DNA from: a virus
Reading direction: 5' to 3' (one strand)
IMG/VR virus record: IMGVR_UViG_3300045988_074841
Length of the DNA stretch: 64,000 nt
The notes under the pieces were generated by a model. It was not told the DNA's origin. It saw nothing but the letters and a program-made list of their open reading frames with translations, and ran no database searches. The position numbers and the translations under genes were made by a program. Positions 30,130-40,989 of this stretch are shown here, in pieces (the first letter of the stretch is position 1; every line of letters begins with the position of its first letter).

Positions 30130-31273
30130 ATCTAATAGTTTCTTTAATAAAAGTATCTATTTCATCATTATTGAATTTATCATGTAAATCAGCAAAATCT
30201 TTACACTCATAATTCTCAAGTCCAAATTCTCCACGAGTAATAAAAAGATAAGGAATGCCATAAGTTTCCAAAAGATAATCAGCACCATCACGTCCAGTCC
30301 TATCAAAATCTAGAAGACTAACAATCATACCTTCATTATTAAGTCTTTTTCTAAGCCAAGTATATTCATTAGCTTTAAGTCTATAATTTTCACTAGGAAG
30401 ATTAACAACTCCAATATTAAGAGTTTTTCCATCCGCCCCGTAGAAGATATGTTTGCTTAGATGACTACCTAAACTTAATCTATCTTTACTAGACTTAGTT
30501 ATAATAATATAATCATAATCTTCTCTTTCTAGATTAGGAAGACCTTCAAGTACATTACAATTAGTTACAAACTTTAATTCCTTAGTTCTATCACGTAATG
30601 GAAAATATAGTTTAATAAGATATACTCCAGATTTATTACGACCAAGCATATAAGCATAACAAGGGTCATTTTTAGCATCTTTATATTTAGGAGTAGGATT
30701 AGTTACTCTATCAATATAATATTGTTCAACTGGAATAACAAAATGAGTATTAAGATAATTCAAATCTACATTTAATTTAGCCCATATAGCTTTATCTTGA
30801 CGATTCCAACTACGAGGAACAATTTCAATAATAGCTTTTTTCTTACGAGCTTTAACGAGAGCATTCTTTATAGATTCGTCTACATCATAATCATTAATAC
30901 GATTATCTATTTGATATGAAAACGTTCTATAAATATGACTTAGTACAAAATAAAAATCTTGTTTATTATTTGTACTAATCGGTCTTTCATATACAATACT
31001 TAGTACGTAAGCTACTACACCATACACATCATTAAAAAAACCAGCACCGCCAAAATCACGAACTTTAAGTCTACCCTTGGCATTGTATGCAATACCCATA
31101 CTACCATCAGTATCATCATCACGAAATACAGAAGTAATAAGATGATTATGTTCAACACAATCTCTAACTACTTCTAATGGTATATCTAAGTATTTACTTA
31201 CAATTTCTTCTTGACTTACTCTAGATTCTATAAAAGCTTTTGTAAGTTTACTTGTGTTAGCATTACGTTTCAT
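30047..31273 (-). CDS. Putative DNA primase (TOPRIM-like DxDxxG motif LLDFDRTGRDGA)
   Basis: 408-aa ORF. C-terminal DxD motif reminiscent of DnaG TOPRIM. Weak. Carries a motif copy in a non-canonical frame (IFYGADG). Confidence 0.35.
   Translation of the reverse strand: MKRNANTSKLTKAFIESRVSQEEIVSKYLDIPLEVVRDCVEHNHLITSVFRDDDTDGSMGIAYNAKGRLKVRDFGGAGFFNDVYGVVAYVLSIVYERPISTNNKQDFYFVLSHIYRTFSYQIDNRINDYDVDESIKNALVKARKKKAIIEIVPRSWNRQDKAIWAKLNVDLNYLNTHFVIPVEQYYIDRVTNPTPKYKDAKNDPCYAYMLGRNKSGVYLIKLYFPLRDRTKELKFVTNCNVLEGLPNLEREDYDYIIITKSSKDRLSLGSHLSKHIFYGADGKTLNIGVVNLPSENYRLKANEYTWLRKRLNNEGMIVSLLDFDRTGRDGADYLLETYGIPYLFITRGEFGLENYECKDFADLHDKFNNDEIDTFIKETIRYVEIRYRKDKSNTDAYFKRLSDCDLPY
30433..30448 (-). 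repeat. Motif copy inside the primase-like gene
   Basis: Exact. Read in the alternative frame IFYGADG. Confidence 0.8.
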
Positions 31274-31383
31274 ATTGATAAAAAATTAGGGGCAACAACA
31301 GTATTACTACCATCGTTACCCCTTAGAACATTAAACTTTAGTTGAGAATAAGTAGGCAAAGAGATAACTCTTCACTTGTCTAC

Positions 31384-32361
31384 TTAGAATGGAAGGTCAT
31401 CTGTAGCAGTTGGATCAAATCCGGCACCAGTAGGAGCACCACCAGCAAACTCACCACCAACAGGAGGAACTACAGCACCACTAGTCATACCAGGCATACC
31501 AGGAATACCAGGAACACCAACAGTAGGAGTCTTATTAGTCTGCTTAGGAGTAATACTTTCCTTAACCTTATCGATAGCAAGAATAACAGGAGGAAGAATC
31601 TTTCCTTCCTTCATCTTAACTAGCTCAATAGCACCAGAACCAACAAATGAAGTAAACTGCAAATCTTTGCTCTTATCAACATCTACCCAATCACCTTTAC
31701 GATTACGAGTAGCACGAAGCAACTTAATCCAACAAGAAATAGGTTTACCATTGCCATCCTTAAAGCAAGGCTTAGGAGTAGCACCATCAGCAAGATTAAA
31801 TTGTCCATTAAGCATAGCAGCAACATTCTCAAAGATATGACGATAACCATTAAGAACATCCTGTGCATCTACTGCATTGTACTCCAAATTACCATTCTCA
31901 TCTTCAGTGTAATCTTCAAATGTAAGAGTAAGAGCATCTTCCTCTTCAACAGTAAGTTCACGACCTTTAAGATAGAATACATCAAGAAGATGCTTTGTCC
32001 AATTAAGAAGAGCATCTACTTGCCAAGCATTCTTACCACCAGGAATAGTATCAACATTACTCTCAACTGGGAAGAAAGTCTTAGTAACATAACGACGTTC
32101 CTTAATATTCTCATGGTTACTAGCAAAAGTAACCACAAGACGAGGCATTTTAAGACCAGCAAAAGAATTACCTTCTCCACTTTGAGACCACTCTACACTT
32201 ACAGAATCAAGATGAGCCATAAATAAACCATTAGCTGGACTAGCATCTTTCTCGTGAAATTTAAGACGAGCAGCAGCTACTGTGTTATTACTAATACCTC
32301 TACGATTCTTCTTTGCAGCACCATTTGCAACTGCTGCTGCTTCTTTTGTTACATCTGTCAT
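31384..32361 (-). CDS. ssb: Single-stranded DNA-binding protein (acidic C-terminal tail ...DDLPF, Gly/Pro-rich linker)
   Basis: C-terminal DDLPF resembles the SSB DDDIPF tail. GPGMP-rich linker. GC-richer codon usage, consistent with high expression. Confidence 0.55.
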   Translation of the reverse strand: MTDVTKEAAAVANGAAKKNRRGISNNTVAAARLKFHEKDASPANGLFMAHLDSVSVEWSQSGEGNSFAGLKMPRLVVTFASNHENIKERRYVTKTFFPVESNVDTIPGGKNAWQVDALLNWTKHLLDVFYLKGRELTVEEEDALTLTFEDYTEDENGNLEYNAVDAQDVLNGYRHIFENVAAMLNGQFNLADGATPKPCFKDGNGKPISCWIKLLRATRNRKGDWVDVDKSKDLQFTSFVGSGAIELVKMKEGKILPPVILAIDKVKESITPKQTNKTPTVGVPGIPGMPGMTSGAVVPPVGGEFAGGAPTGAGFDPTATDDLPF

Positions 32362-32465
32362 AACTTAATTAAGTTTTAAACGTTTATATTAATTGATTAA
32401 AAAAGGGAACTGATTTGCTCAGTCCCCTATAATAAAAGCGAATGAATATCTAATGAATGAACTAA

Positions 32466-33281
32466 TTACTCAGCAGATTCAGCAGCCTTATTAGCAGCTA
32501 CACGAGCAGGCTTCTCATCAGTATACTCACCGAGTGGATAATAGATAACATCAACAATCTTATGACCATCGTTGAACTTACCTGTCTCACCATTCTTAAT
32601 ATCAACAGAGAATACACGCTTCAAAGCAGTCTTATCTTCCATATCAGCTTTAAGCTGCTCCCAGTTGTTTGTATCAGAGAAGTTAAGCTTCAGACCAGTA
32701 CCAACTGCATTACCACTAGCAGCAAGCTTACAACCACTGAATGCCTGAGTCTGTGGACTCTGCATTTCATCAACTGTATAATGCTCCTTAATCTCATCAG
32801 CTGTAGCATTCTCATTAAGGTTGTAAGCAGCAATGAGCTGAGCACGATTAGCAGCAATGATAGCATCAACATTCTCATCATAGAGCTTCTTCTTCTCTTC
32901 CTTAGTAAGACGAACAGCTACAGTAGCTTCTGAACCATCCTTCTTAAACATAGGAACACCCTTAGCAATATACCAAACAGTAAGAGACTTAATACAAGCT
33001 TCTACACCCTCAGAAGTCTCAAGGTCGAAACCATTGTTCTTAGCATACTCCAACAAATCAGCATTTTCCTTAGCCATTACAAGTGCTTCAACATCAGCGA
33101 TGTTATTAGCAAACATAATGTTATCACCAGCCTGCAAACCAAGAGCCTTAGATACAGAACCTGTGATAGCAAAACCACCCTTAGTAGTAGCAACAATAAG
33201 CTGAGGTTCAGCATTAACTACACTACTCTTAACACCACTTGCAACTGCTGAAATACCGAATGATAAACCGTTAATCTTCAT
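32466..33281 (-). CDS. Hypothetical, probably abundant protein (GC-richer codon usage, Ala/Gly-rich)
   Basis: 271-aa ORF adjacent to SSB with similarly skewed codon usage. Confidence 0.45.
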   Translation of the reverse strand: MKINGLSFGISAVASGVKSSVVNAEPQLIVATTKGGFAITGSVSKALGLQAGDNIMFANNIADVEALVMAKENADLLEYAKNNGFDLETSEGVEACIKSLTVWYIAKGVPMFKKDGSEATVAVRLTKEEKKKLYDENVDAIIAANRAQLIAAYNLNENATADEIKEHYTVDEMQSPQTQAFSGCKLAASGNAVGTGLKLNFSDTNNWEQLKADMEDKTALKRVFSVDIKNGETGKFNDGHKIVDVIYYPLGEYTDEKPARVAANKAAESAE

Positions 33282-33351
33282 AATTTTAAATATTTAAATT
33301 GTTAATAAAATAATTATATAGTATAATACTATTTACACACTAAATTGTTCC

Positions 33352-34284
33352 TTACTCTGGAGAAACTTTACCATTAGAAATTTCTTCAATATTTACAAAG
33401 TCTTCATCATTAGGAACTGAATTGGCAAAGACTTCGGATAATTCATCGTCTGACATAACACCCATAAGAATATCACTAGCTATATCACGAGCACCATACA
33501 TAAAGGCACGATGACCAATCATAATACGAGTATATTTCTTAAAAGTATCTTTAGTAAATAAGTCAGCCGTATTAGCTTCTGTATAAGAGAAATGACCTAC
33601 AGCATGAGTTTCAACTACTTTACCATATATTCTCTTAAACCTAGTAAACTTATATTCAGTAACATAATCTGTAGGAGTAGCCTGAGTTCTAATAACAGGA
33701 AACTTACCTTCTTGAGCTACTTTCATAGCTTGGGGTAGATTAATGCACTTAATACATTGTTCGTTAATTTGAAATTCGTTGTATACTCTACCTTTTAAAT
33801 CTTTATAATATTTAAGAGGATAAACACCAACTATTTCATCGTCTGTTTTACTTTCAGCTTCTGCTTTGGTACGACATTTAACACAATACTGTGGAAGTAG
33901 TGTCTCATCATAAACATTATTGCCATCAGTATACTTATACTGAGGTACATAATCTTTAGTAGTTTCCCAGACTATACCTGCCCTTGACAACAACGCTTTG
34001 ACGATATGAACATCAACACCGGTTTTACCATTAATTACATGGATATGTTCTATACAAGTACTAAAAGGTAATCTTAAATCTTGTGCTCTCATAAGAATAG
34101 CAAGACCTTCATTTACACTCTTAACACCGCCTTTTTCTGTAGCAATAATCTTCTTTAGAAATACTTCTGCATTAGCAAGTTGTTTCTCATCAAGAAGATT
34201 TAGAACATGAATACCAGTATTAACATCATCTTGTCTAATAATCAAACTACGATTGCTACCATTTTCATCTTTAGTATCATTCAT
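33352..34284 (-). CDS. Hypothetical protein, possibly single-strand annealing/recombination protein
   Basis: 310-aa ORF in the replication/recombination neighbourhood. No clear motif. Confidence 0.4.
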   Translation of the reverse strand: MNDTKDENGSNRSLIIRQDDVNTGIHVLNLLDEKQLANAEVFLKKIIATEKGGVKSVNEGLAILMRAQDLRLPFSTCIEHIHVINGKTGVDVHIVKALLSRAGIVWETTKDYVPQYKYTDGNNVYDETLLPQYCVKCRTKAEAESKTDDEIVGVYPLKYYKDLKGRVYNEFQINEQCIKCINLPQAMKVAQEGKFPVIRTQATPTDYVTEYKFTRFKRIYGKVVETHAVGHFSYTEANTADLFTKDTFKKYTRIMIGHRAFMYGARDIASDILMGVMSDDELSEVFANSVPNDEDFVNIEEISNGKVSPE

Positions 34285-34344
34285 TATTTCAAAGAGCTTA
34301 TTAGTTCGTTTTCTAATTTCTGCTGCAAAGATAAGAACTTTTTC

Positions 34345-35760
34345 TTAATCAACAATACAATAATCATTATTATTATCAACTTTAACATTTCTATCAAAAT
34401 CGTTAATTATTGTATGATTAGCTGGAACAGTCCTATCTTCTAGTTTTTTCTCCTCTAACGTGCTTTTATAGAATAAGGTATATAATAGTACCTCATTACT
34501 GAAATGAACCTTAGAAAGCCTATAGAAATAGCTCTCAATAGTATCACATAGCGGAGAAGTGATTATAACCAAATCAATATCAACATCTAAAGACTTATCA
34601 GGCGACGCACCACAAGAAATTACATTTATCTTATGACTATTCATAAGTTTCTGTGCAAGTTTCTTTTGAGCAATAACACCTAGAAGTTTAGGTTGACCTT
34701 TCTTTGGACCACTCTTTATAAGAATAGGATTTCCATAATCATCTACAGCAGGAACATTATCTACTTTATCATGGCAATTAGCACAAATTCTTTTACCAAA
34801 TTTATCATTAAGATAATCAGTAACAAGATTAGCAAATTCACCATACTTGTTTATAATGAGTATATTCTTGTCTAAATTATCATTGACTATATCTAAGATA
34901 TTACTAAGTTTATCTTTAGAACTAGCAAGTTTAGTACTACGTTCTCTAATAATATTATAAATACTATCAGCACGTTCTTTAATAGCAGAAGGACTATACA
35001 GTTTATCTATGTCTCTATTAAATTCTGAAGACATATCTAAATGATTATCCCAACCATTAGTACGAGCAATAGCATCACATATCATCATACTAGAACAATT
35101 AGTAGCACTATTTCCCAATCTAGCATACTTGATATTATCAAAGTTACCAAATATAGCTAGAGCAGTAGAAATTTCCCTATTATAATAAGTCATTTCTTTA
35201 TCTAATTCAGTATCAGGTGTTATAGTTAATCCTACCAAACACTCTTTTACGGGGCGGTTAGTTCTAACTTCATCAATAACATTTTGACTAAAATTACCAA
35301 TACTAGGAGCAACAGTATAGAAATCATCCATAGTTTTATTATCTAGTAGTTTACTAAGAATTACTAGATTAAACTTAGACTTTTCTATCATAGCTATATG
35401 TACAAAATGAAATATACTAGGATTATAAATTATAGTCAGTAAAGGACTATAATCATTAATATGTTCAGCAGCATATTCAGTAGTTAAAATCCTAAGACTT
35501 CCATTATGCATTACAGTACGAAAAGAATTATTCCATACTTCATTATTCAAAGTAGTTAGATAACTTTCAATACTACTTCTATCTGCAAAATCTTTCACAA
35601 TAATAACAACACTAGTCGTAGGAGACTTATTGTAAAGTTGTGGAAGAATATAAAGCAGAGGTCTTAGAGCATCAAAAGGAGCAGGTATTACAAAAGTACC
35701 TATTCCTTTATTTAATCTCCAAGCATCAACAGCATTTAAATAAACTTGTTCTTCTGTCAT
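34345..35760 (-). CDS. Hypothetical helicase-like protein (degenerate; no intact Walker A seen)
   Basis: 471-aa ORF. The C-terminal half resembles an SF2 helicase C-domain. Carries a motif variant in frame (NRPVKE). Confidence 0.4.
   Translation of the reverse strand: MTEEQVYLNAVDAWRLNKGIGTFVIPAPFDALRPLLYILPQLYNKSPTTSVVIIVKDFADRSSIESYLTTLNNEVWNNSFRTVMHNGSLRILTTEYAAEHINDYSPLLTIIYNPSIFHFVHIAMIEKSKFNLVILSKLLDNKTMDDFYTVAPSIGNFSQNVIDEVRTNRPVKECLVGLTITPDTELDKEMTYYNREISTALAIFGNFDNIKYARLGNSATNCSSMMICDAIARTNGWDNHLDMSSEFNRDIDKLYSPSAIKERADSIYNIIRERSTKLASSKDKLSNILDIVNDNLDKNILIINKYGEFANLVTDYLNDKFGKRICANCHDKVDNVPAVDDYGNPILIKSGPKKGQPKLLGVIAQKKLAQKLMNSHKINVISCGASPDKSLDVDIDLVIITSPLCDTIESYFYRLSKVHFSNEVLLYTLFYKSTLEEKKLEDRTVPANHTIINDFDRNVKVDNNNDYCIVD
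35243..35257 (+). repeat. Motif variant (ctcttttacggggcgg) inside gene 34345-35760
   Basis: NRPVKE. Confidence 0.7.
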
Positions 35761-38030
35761 TATTCTTCTTCATTATCAAATAAACTATTATACATACCAA
35801 AGTTCTTCTTTAATAGAGCTTTTCCAGTAAGAGTTTTATTCTTTACATTACCTTTCTGATTAGGACTTATTCCAAGCTTAATAGGATTAATAATCTTATA
35901 AGCTTCTTCATAATAATAAGCATAATCTATATTACGCTCACTAATATCTTTATCATCAAGTAAATTAAGAATTTGAACTGGCTTTCCACTAGCTAGTACA
36001 CTACGTTTACCAGTAAGTTTATGCTCTTTCATAATCACAACTCCTCTAGTAGATACATAGAAACGAACATGAGGTTGACTACGAACTTCAACACGTTTTC
36101 CATCTACTACTTTTTCATAAACAACTTCAAATTGTTTACCAACATTTTGAGTTTTACAAAAATCAAGAATATCTTTATGATTACGAAGAGTTTCCATTAC
36201 AGATATACCATGAGCAAAGTACTCAAATACAGCAGTAGCTACAATAGGCATATCATAACCTTTCTTTAAGTCTTTAATATACTGCTTTGGGTCAAGAGCA
36301 CCTTTATACTCAAGTTTATTGTTACTTTGAATATCAAAATAGTTATTCACATTAAGACTAACAAGCATCTTATAATGTTCATCATCAGCAGACATTTTAT
36401 TAGTCTCATTCCATTCCTTACAAATTTGATTATAAACATCAATTTTATCATAAGGAAGTTTTATAACGATACCATCTGTATTAGCACTAACAACATGTAT
36501 TCCAGCAAGTTCAAGAGATTCACAAAGAGTCATTGTCATTAACTGACCATTAATAGTAACTCTCATTTGTGCAAGTCTATCATAAAGCCAATAATTTTCA
36601 TAACCATATTTACCATAAATAGCATTGATTACAATCTTTAATGCTTCAGCTGCTAGACTATTATGTACACCAGGAACTACAAAACCATCTTCATCCTTAG
36701 TATGTTTACACTTAACACGCGTCTGTTTAAAGTAATCTACCATGTTTACAAACACCTTAGTATTAAGATGTTCAGGTACTACTTCATAGCTAATCATTAT
36801 ACTTGGATAGTAGGATGTATAATCATGATGAACATAAACATATTTATCAGTACTTTTAAACACTACAGGCTTATCTTGAGTATGAATACCTCCAGTAGCT
36901 AGAGTATATGTTGTACCATAAAAATCTATTTCACGTACAAAACTATCTTTATTAGTTCTATATATTACAACTTTCTTCATTTCTTCAAGTAAGTCTTGAA
37001 GTTGTTTAGTCTTAAATTTAATATGAGGAAATATAATACGTTTAAACGATAAAGCAGTTCTTTGAGTACGAAGATTTTTAAAAGCATCTTCTTTAAGTCC
37101 ACTACGTTCAGAATAAAACTTATTAAGAAGTTTATCAGCAATATTACTTCTAGCACTACATAGAAGATTAAGTTTAAAAGCATGACCTAGACTATATCTA
37201 AGTTTAATCTCATCAGGCTTTTGTCTAGCTATCTCACAAACAAGAAATACATCATTCTTATTATAATGAAGCATAGGCTTTATATATTTAGGCATAAGAT
37301 ACCTATCAAAGTCAGCAACAAACAAGTGATTTAATTGCTCATTAGTCATACCTTTATATTCATCTTTTTTTCTATATACATCACCTTCTTCATCATCTAT
37401 TGGAGGTAGCTTAAAATCAAGAAGATTATACCATTTAAGATTAATACTAACTTGCTTTAAACTTTTACCATACTTCTTACGTTCACCAGTATCTTTATCT
37501 ACATTTACTCCAGCAGAATTAAGAGCATAAACTTTAAACAAATCAACAGTTACATAAGGTAGTCTATACTTACGAATAACATTAAGTAGAGGGTCATTCC
37601 ATAAAGCATCTTTATCATCTTGTAGAGATATTAGTTTATCATTCACTTCTTTAAGAAATGAACAAAGTTGTTTACTAGTATCAAAACGATTCCAATACAT
37701 AAGGAAAGCTCTAGTCATCATATCATCATAAGCTTGATTGTTATAGCCAAATAAATCATATCTGTCTACAGTACCATCATCTTTAGTTATAGGACGCATC
37801 TTCTCAAAGAAGTCTATCAACTCTAACATCTGTGAATCATCTGTATCAGTAACATAAAATATCCAACTTTTTACACTATCAAGTCTAGATTTAATTTCTT
37901 CAACTGTTAAAGTATCAGTTAAAGCACCTTTACAATCTGCAAATTTATCAAGATAATCTCTAACATCTACAAAAGTAAATGAAATCATATTCTCAAATAC
38001 TTCTAAGTCTACAGCTAAACTATGAATCAT
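35760..38030 (-). CDS. Family B DNA polymerase with N-terminal 3'-5' exonuclease
   Basis: Exo I DxE (AVDLEVF). PolB motif A DYTSYYPS. Motif B KIVINAIYGKYG. Motif C-like SANTDGIVI. Confidence 0.8.
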   Translation of the reverse strand: MIHSLAVDLEVFENMISFTFVDVRDYLDKFADCKGALTDTLTVEEIKSRLDSVKSWIFYVTDTDDSQMLELIDFFEKMRPITKDDGTVDRYDLFGYNNQAYDDMMTRAFLMYWNRFDTSKQLCSFLKEVNDKLISLQDDKDALWNDPLLNVIRKYRLPYVTVDLFKVYALNSAGVNVDKDTGERKKYGKSLKQVSINLKWYNLLDFKLPPIDDEEGDVYRKKDEYKGMTNEQLNHLFVADFDRYLMPKYIKPMLHYNKNDVFLVCEIARQKPDEIKLRYSLGHAFKLNLLCSARSNIADKLLNKFYSERSGLKEDAFKNLRTQRTALSFKRIIFPHIKFKTKQLQDLLEEMKKVVIYRTNKDSFVREIDFYGTTYTLATGGIHTQDKPVVFKSTDKYVYVHHDYTSYYPSIMISYEVVPEHLNTKVFVNMVDYFKQTRVKCKHTKDEDGFVVPGVHNSLAAEALKIVINAIYGKYGYENYWLYDRLAQMRVTINGQLMTMTLCESLELAGIHVVSANTDGIVIKLPYDKIDVYNQICKEWNETNKMSADDEHYKMLVSLNVNNYFDIQSNNKLEYKGALDPKQYIKDLKKGYDMPIVATAVFEYFAHGISVMETLRNHKDILDFCKTQNVGKQFEVVYEKVVDGKRVEVRSQPHVRFYVSTRGVVIMKEHKLTGKRSVLASGKPVQILNLLDDKDISERNIDYAYYYEEAYKIINPIKLGISPNQKGNVKNKTLTGKALLKKNFGMYNSLFDNEEE

Positions 38031-38589
38031 TTATTAATTTAATTATTTCCATTCCATTATAATTATTATCTTTACTAGCAGTAAGCCATTTAACTAGACG
38101 ATTACGAAATTCATTATATTTATTATCATCTATAAACTTAATAAAAGGAGAGTAATTTGTACTGTAAACATAAGGGGCTATATAATATAGTTTATCTTTA
38201 CCTTTAGTAATATCAAAACCAAAATTAGTAGCAGCATTACCAAGAAGCATTATCTTCTTAATATTATTAATTCTAATATCAGCAAATGTATGAAGTATAC
38301 ATCTATTAGCTATATATTTATTTACAGGACAACGTTCATCAAGCTTACAACGAATAAGAGGAACAATATAAGGGTCTAGTTGTTCTAGACCCCCCGTAGA
38401 AGATGTGATAGTTTCCTTTACTATTTCCACATACTTACTAAATGTCATTCCTCTATTCTTATAAGCATTATAATCAACATTAGGTACAACAATAATCATA
38501 CCTGACATTGGATTACCAACACCATCAAGACATTTGCACTTAGTATTAAACATACCTAAAGCACAATCATCACACACTTTAGGAATCAT
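38020..38589 (-). CDS. Uracil-DNA glycosylase-like protein (family 4/5-like), tentative
   Basis: 189 aa. N-terminal Cys cluster CDDCALG...C.C and a GxxxxVVPN-like segment. Carries a motif copy in frame (SSTGGLEQ). Confidence 0.35.
   Translation of the reverse strand: MIPKVCDDCALGMFNTKCKCLDGVGNPMSGMIIVVPNVDYNAYKNRGMTFSKYVEIVKETITSSTGGLEQLDPYIVPLIRCKLDERCPVNKYIANRCILHTFADIRINNIKKIMLLGNAATNFGFDITKGKDKLYYIAPYVYSTNYSPFIKFIDDNKYNEFRNRLVKWLTASKDNNYNGMEIIKLINDS
38390..38403 (-). repeat. Motif variant (ccccccgtagaaga) inside the UDG-like gene
   Basis: SSTGGLEQ. Confidence 0.7.
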
Positions 38590-38720
38590 AATTACATATT
38601 ATCGACGATAATAACCAAGAGCGCTTCCAGGATATTTACTAATAGTCATAAGACTAGGAAAGTTACACCATTTTCAATACGCTTACGAGCTTTAATTTTA
38701 TCACTTCTTTTCATAATTAA

Positions 38721-39113
38721 TTAATCTTTACTAGGTTCAACATAATTTTCTACTTTCTCATAATGCTTAACGGCAAAATTATCATATACAGAAACAATAA
38801 ACATGAACATATTATCACGTTTACCCCAAGTTTTATCTAATTTACGTTTACGACCATAAACATCAACCGAACCATTAACATTGGCTTCAAGTTTAGCAAC
38901 TTTATAATAATTACGTTTAACACTCCAAGCATTATTACTTTCAATTACATAAACATCGCCAACTTTAATAGGACAATTAGCTATAATATCAGCAGAAGCT
39001 TCTTTGTTAAGAGCTTCCATTTTACTCTTATATTCAGCTTCTATTTCTTCTTTTTTATTAATGTAACATTGCACACGTTCTTTAAAAGAAGGACTATTAC
39101 TTGAACTACACAT
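38721..39113 (-). CDS. Hypothetical protein
   Basis: 130-aa ORF. Confidence 0.45.
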   Translation of the reverse strand: MCSSSNSPSFKERVQCYINKKEEIEAEYKSKMEALNKEASADIIANCPIKVGDVYVIESNNAWSVKRNYYKVAKLEANVNGSVDVYGRKRKLDKTWGKRDNMFMFIVSVYDNFAVKHYEKVENYVEPSKD

Positions 39114-39194
39114 TTTATTTAATATTTTAATTTTTAATTTGAGCGCATCAAATAATTTTCGTGATTAATTAATCGACTAAACTATTCAAATCGC

Positions 39195-39527
39195 TTAAAA
39201 CTCAACAAAATTGTCATCTGATGAATTTGGTATCACTTCAATGTTCCATTCTGCCAGCGAAAACTCGACACTTTCATAAACATAATCAGGACGAACAACA
39301 ACACCTTTATGATAATTATCATCAATAATAACAATAGTAGCATCTAAGAGAGTACCGATAACAGTACGACTATTATCTTTTTTGGTTAACTTTACAGTAT
39401 CACCAAGGTTCAAATCATTTTCATCAAGAATACCATTAGATATAGTATCTTTAATTCTAGCTACATCTTGTTCTTTTTGTTTAAGAACTCGAACTAGTCT
39501 AACAAAGCTATTATTATCAATATCCAT
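39195..39527 (-). CDS. Hypothetical protein
   Basis: 110-aa ORF. Confidence 0.45.
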   Translation of the reverse strand: MDIDNNSFVRLVRVLKQKEQDVARIKDTISNGILDENDLNLGDTVKLTKKDNSRTVIGTLLDATIVIIDDNYHKGVVVRPDYVYESVEFSLAEWNIEVIPNSSDDNFVEF

Positions 39528-40989
39528 ATCTCAAATACACTTTTTCTTTAGCTCTACTAACAGCAACATAAAGCCGCTTATTAATATCACTAGCATTAGT
39601 ATAAGGTCTACCATACTTATCATAAACAATATCCATAACATCTACCATGCTTACATTGTAAGTTGAGCCTTGAGACTTATGACTACTAATAGCAAAACCA
39701 TAATCTAAATCTCTATAATAAAGAATAGAACCATCAGGTCTACCAATATTAACAAGAAGAAGACAAGATTCTTTAAACTTATAATAAGCTTTCCACTTAG
39801 TAGCACGAATATCTCTACGAGCATTCTTAGCTTGTTGAATTAAATCATCAGCAATCTTACAATACATAGCCATAGTATACTTATCTCTATGGTCTATAAT
39901 AAATAATGGAGAAGTAACTTGACCACCAAATACAGCTTGAAATTTAACCATGAAACCTTTAAGTTCATATTGTGGATGAGTATAGTTAGCTATCTCTTTT
40001 ACAATATAATCTTCACTATTCTGAATAATCGCATCATTAAATTGGTCTACAATAGTGACATAAGAAGTAATCAAATCATTCTTAGTAATAACAGATTTTT
40101 CACTGTCTTTAATTATAGTTTCTCTAATAAATTTATTCCAATTAGAAACAGCTTTATTAGTATAAGATATAACTTTGACATAATCAGTATTATGAGTAAT
40201 TGATTCGTCACTAAATTGTTTCATAACTTCTTGCTGAAATTGAGCAGAATTACAAACTACAAATCCTTTAGTCATAGTATTATCAAATTTACTACGATTA
40301 CGAGATATGTAATTTAGGAAGTTAAAAGTTCCATTATAAACATCACCACGAAGAAGTTCAGTAAGAGTTCTTATAGGATTATCTTCATCTTGTCGTACAA
40401 CTTGAGTTAGCTTAAAAGATTGAACACCTTTAAAAGCATAACTATCTCTCTCATTTACAGGGGGGATTTGACAATCGTCCCCACATAGAATAAGTTTAAT
40501 ACTATACCTTTTCATCATCTTATCAATATAACCAACAAGACTACGATTAAGCATAGAACTTTCATCTACTATATATAGACGATAATCTTCAATCTTTATA
40601 CGACCATAAGAAGCAAAAGTAACATTGTTAATATCAAACTTTTCAATATCATAATTAGGTTTAAAACCAAAATCAGATTGAATGGTATTAACATTACAAT
40701 TAGTACCTCTAATACTATTTTTAAGAACCCTACAAGCTTTATGGCTTGGAGCACTTAATCCTATTTCAGAAAATGGTATGTTACAATCTTGAAGTAAAGC
40801 TTTAAGAAGGAAAGTTTTACCAGTTCCACCACGACCAATTAAAGCACGCTTAAAATCTTTAGGATTATAAGGTTCATTAATAAACTTAATAAGTCCATTA
40901 TAAGCTTTTGTTTGGTCATCAGTAAAAGTAAACTTTTTAGCTCTATTTTTATTAGGAGTATTTATAGTAAATTCATCAGTATTACTCAT
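39517..40989 (-). CDS. SF1B DNA helicase (Pif1/RecD/Dda-like)
   Basis: Walker A GRGGTGKT. Walker B LYIVDESSM. Motif V/VI ISSHKSQGSTY, typical of Dda/RecD/Pif1. Confidence 0.75.
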   Translation of the reverse strand: MSNTDEFTINTPNKNRAKKFTFTDDQTKAYNGLIKFINEPYNPKDFKRALIGRGGTGKTFLLKALLQDCNIPFSEIGLSAPSHKACRVLKNSIRGTNCNVNTIQSDFGFKPNYDIEKFDINNVTFASYGRIKIEDYRLYIVDESSMLNRSLVGYIDKMMKRYSIKLILCGDDCQIPPVNERDSYAFKGVQSFKLTQVVRQDEDNPIRTLTELLRGDVYNGTFNFLNYISRNRSKFDNTMTKGFVVCNSAQFQQEVMKQFSDESITHNTDYVKVISYTNKAVSNWNKFIRETIIKDSEKSVITKNDLITSYVTIVDQFNDAIIQNSEDYIVKEIANYTHPQYELKGFMVKFQAVFGGQVTSPLFIIDHRDKYTMAMYCKIADDLIQQAKNARRDIRATKWKAYYKFKESCLLLVNIGRPDGSILYYRDLDYGFAISSHKSQGSTYNVSMVDVMDIVYDKYGRPYTNASDINKRLYVAVSRAKEKVYLRYGY

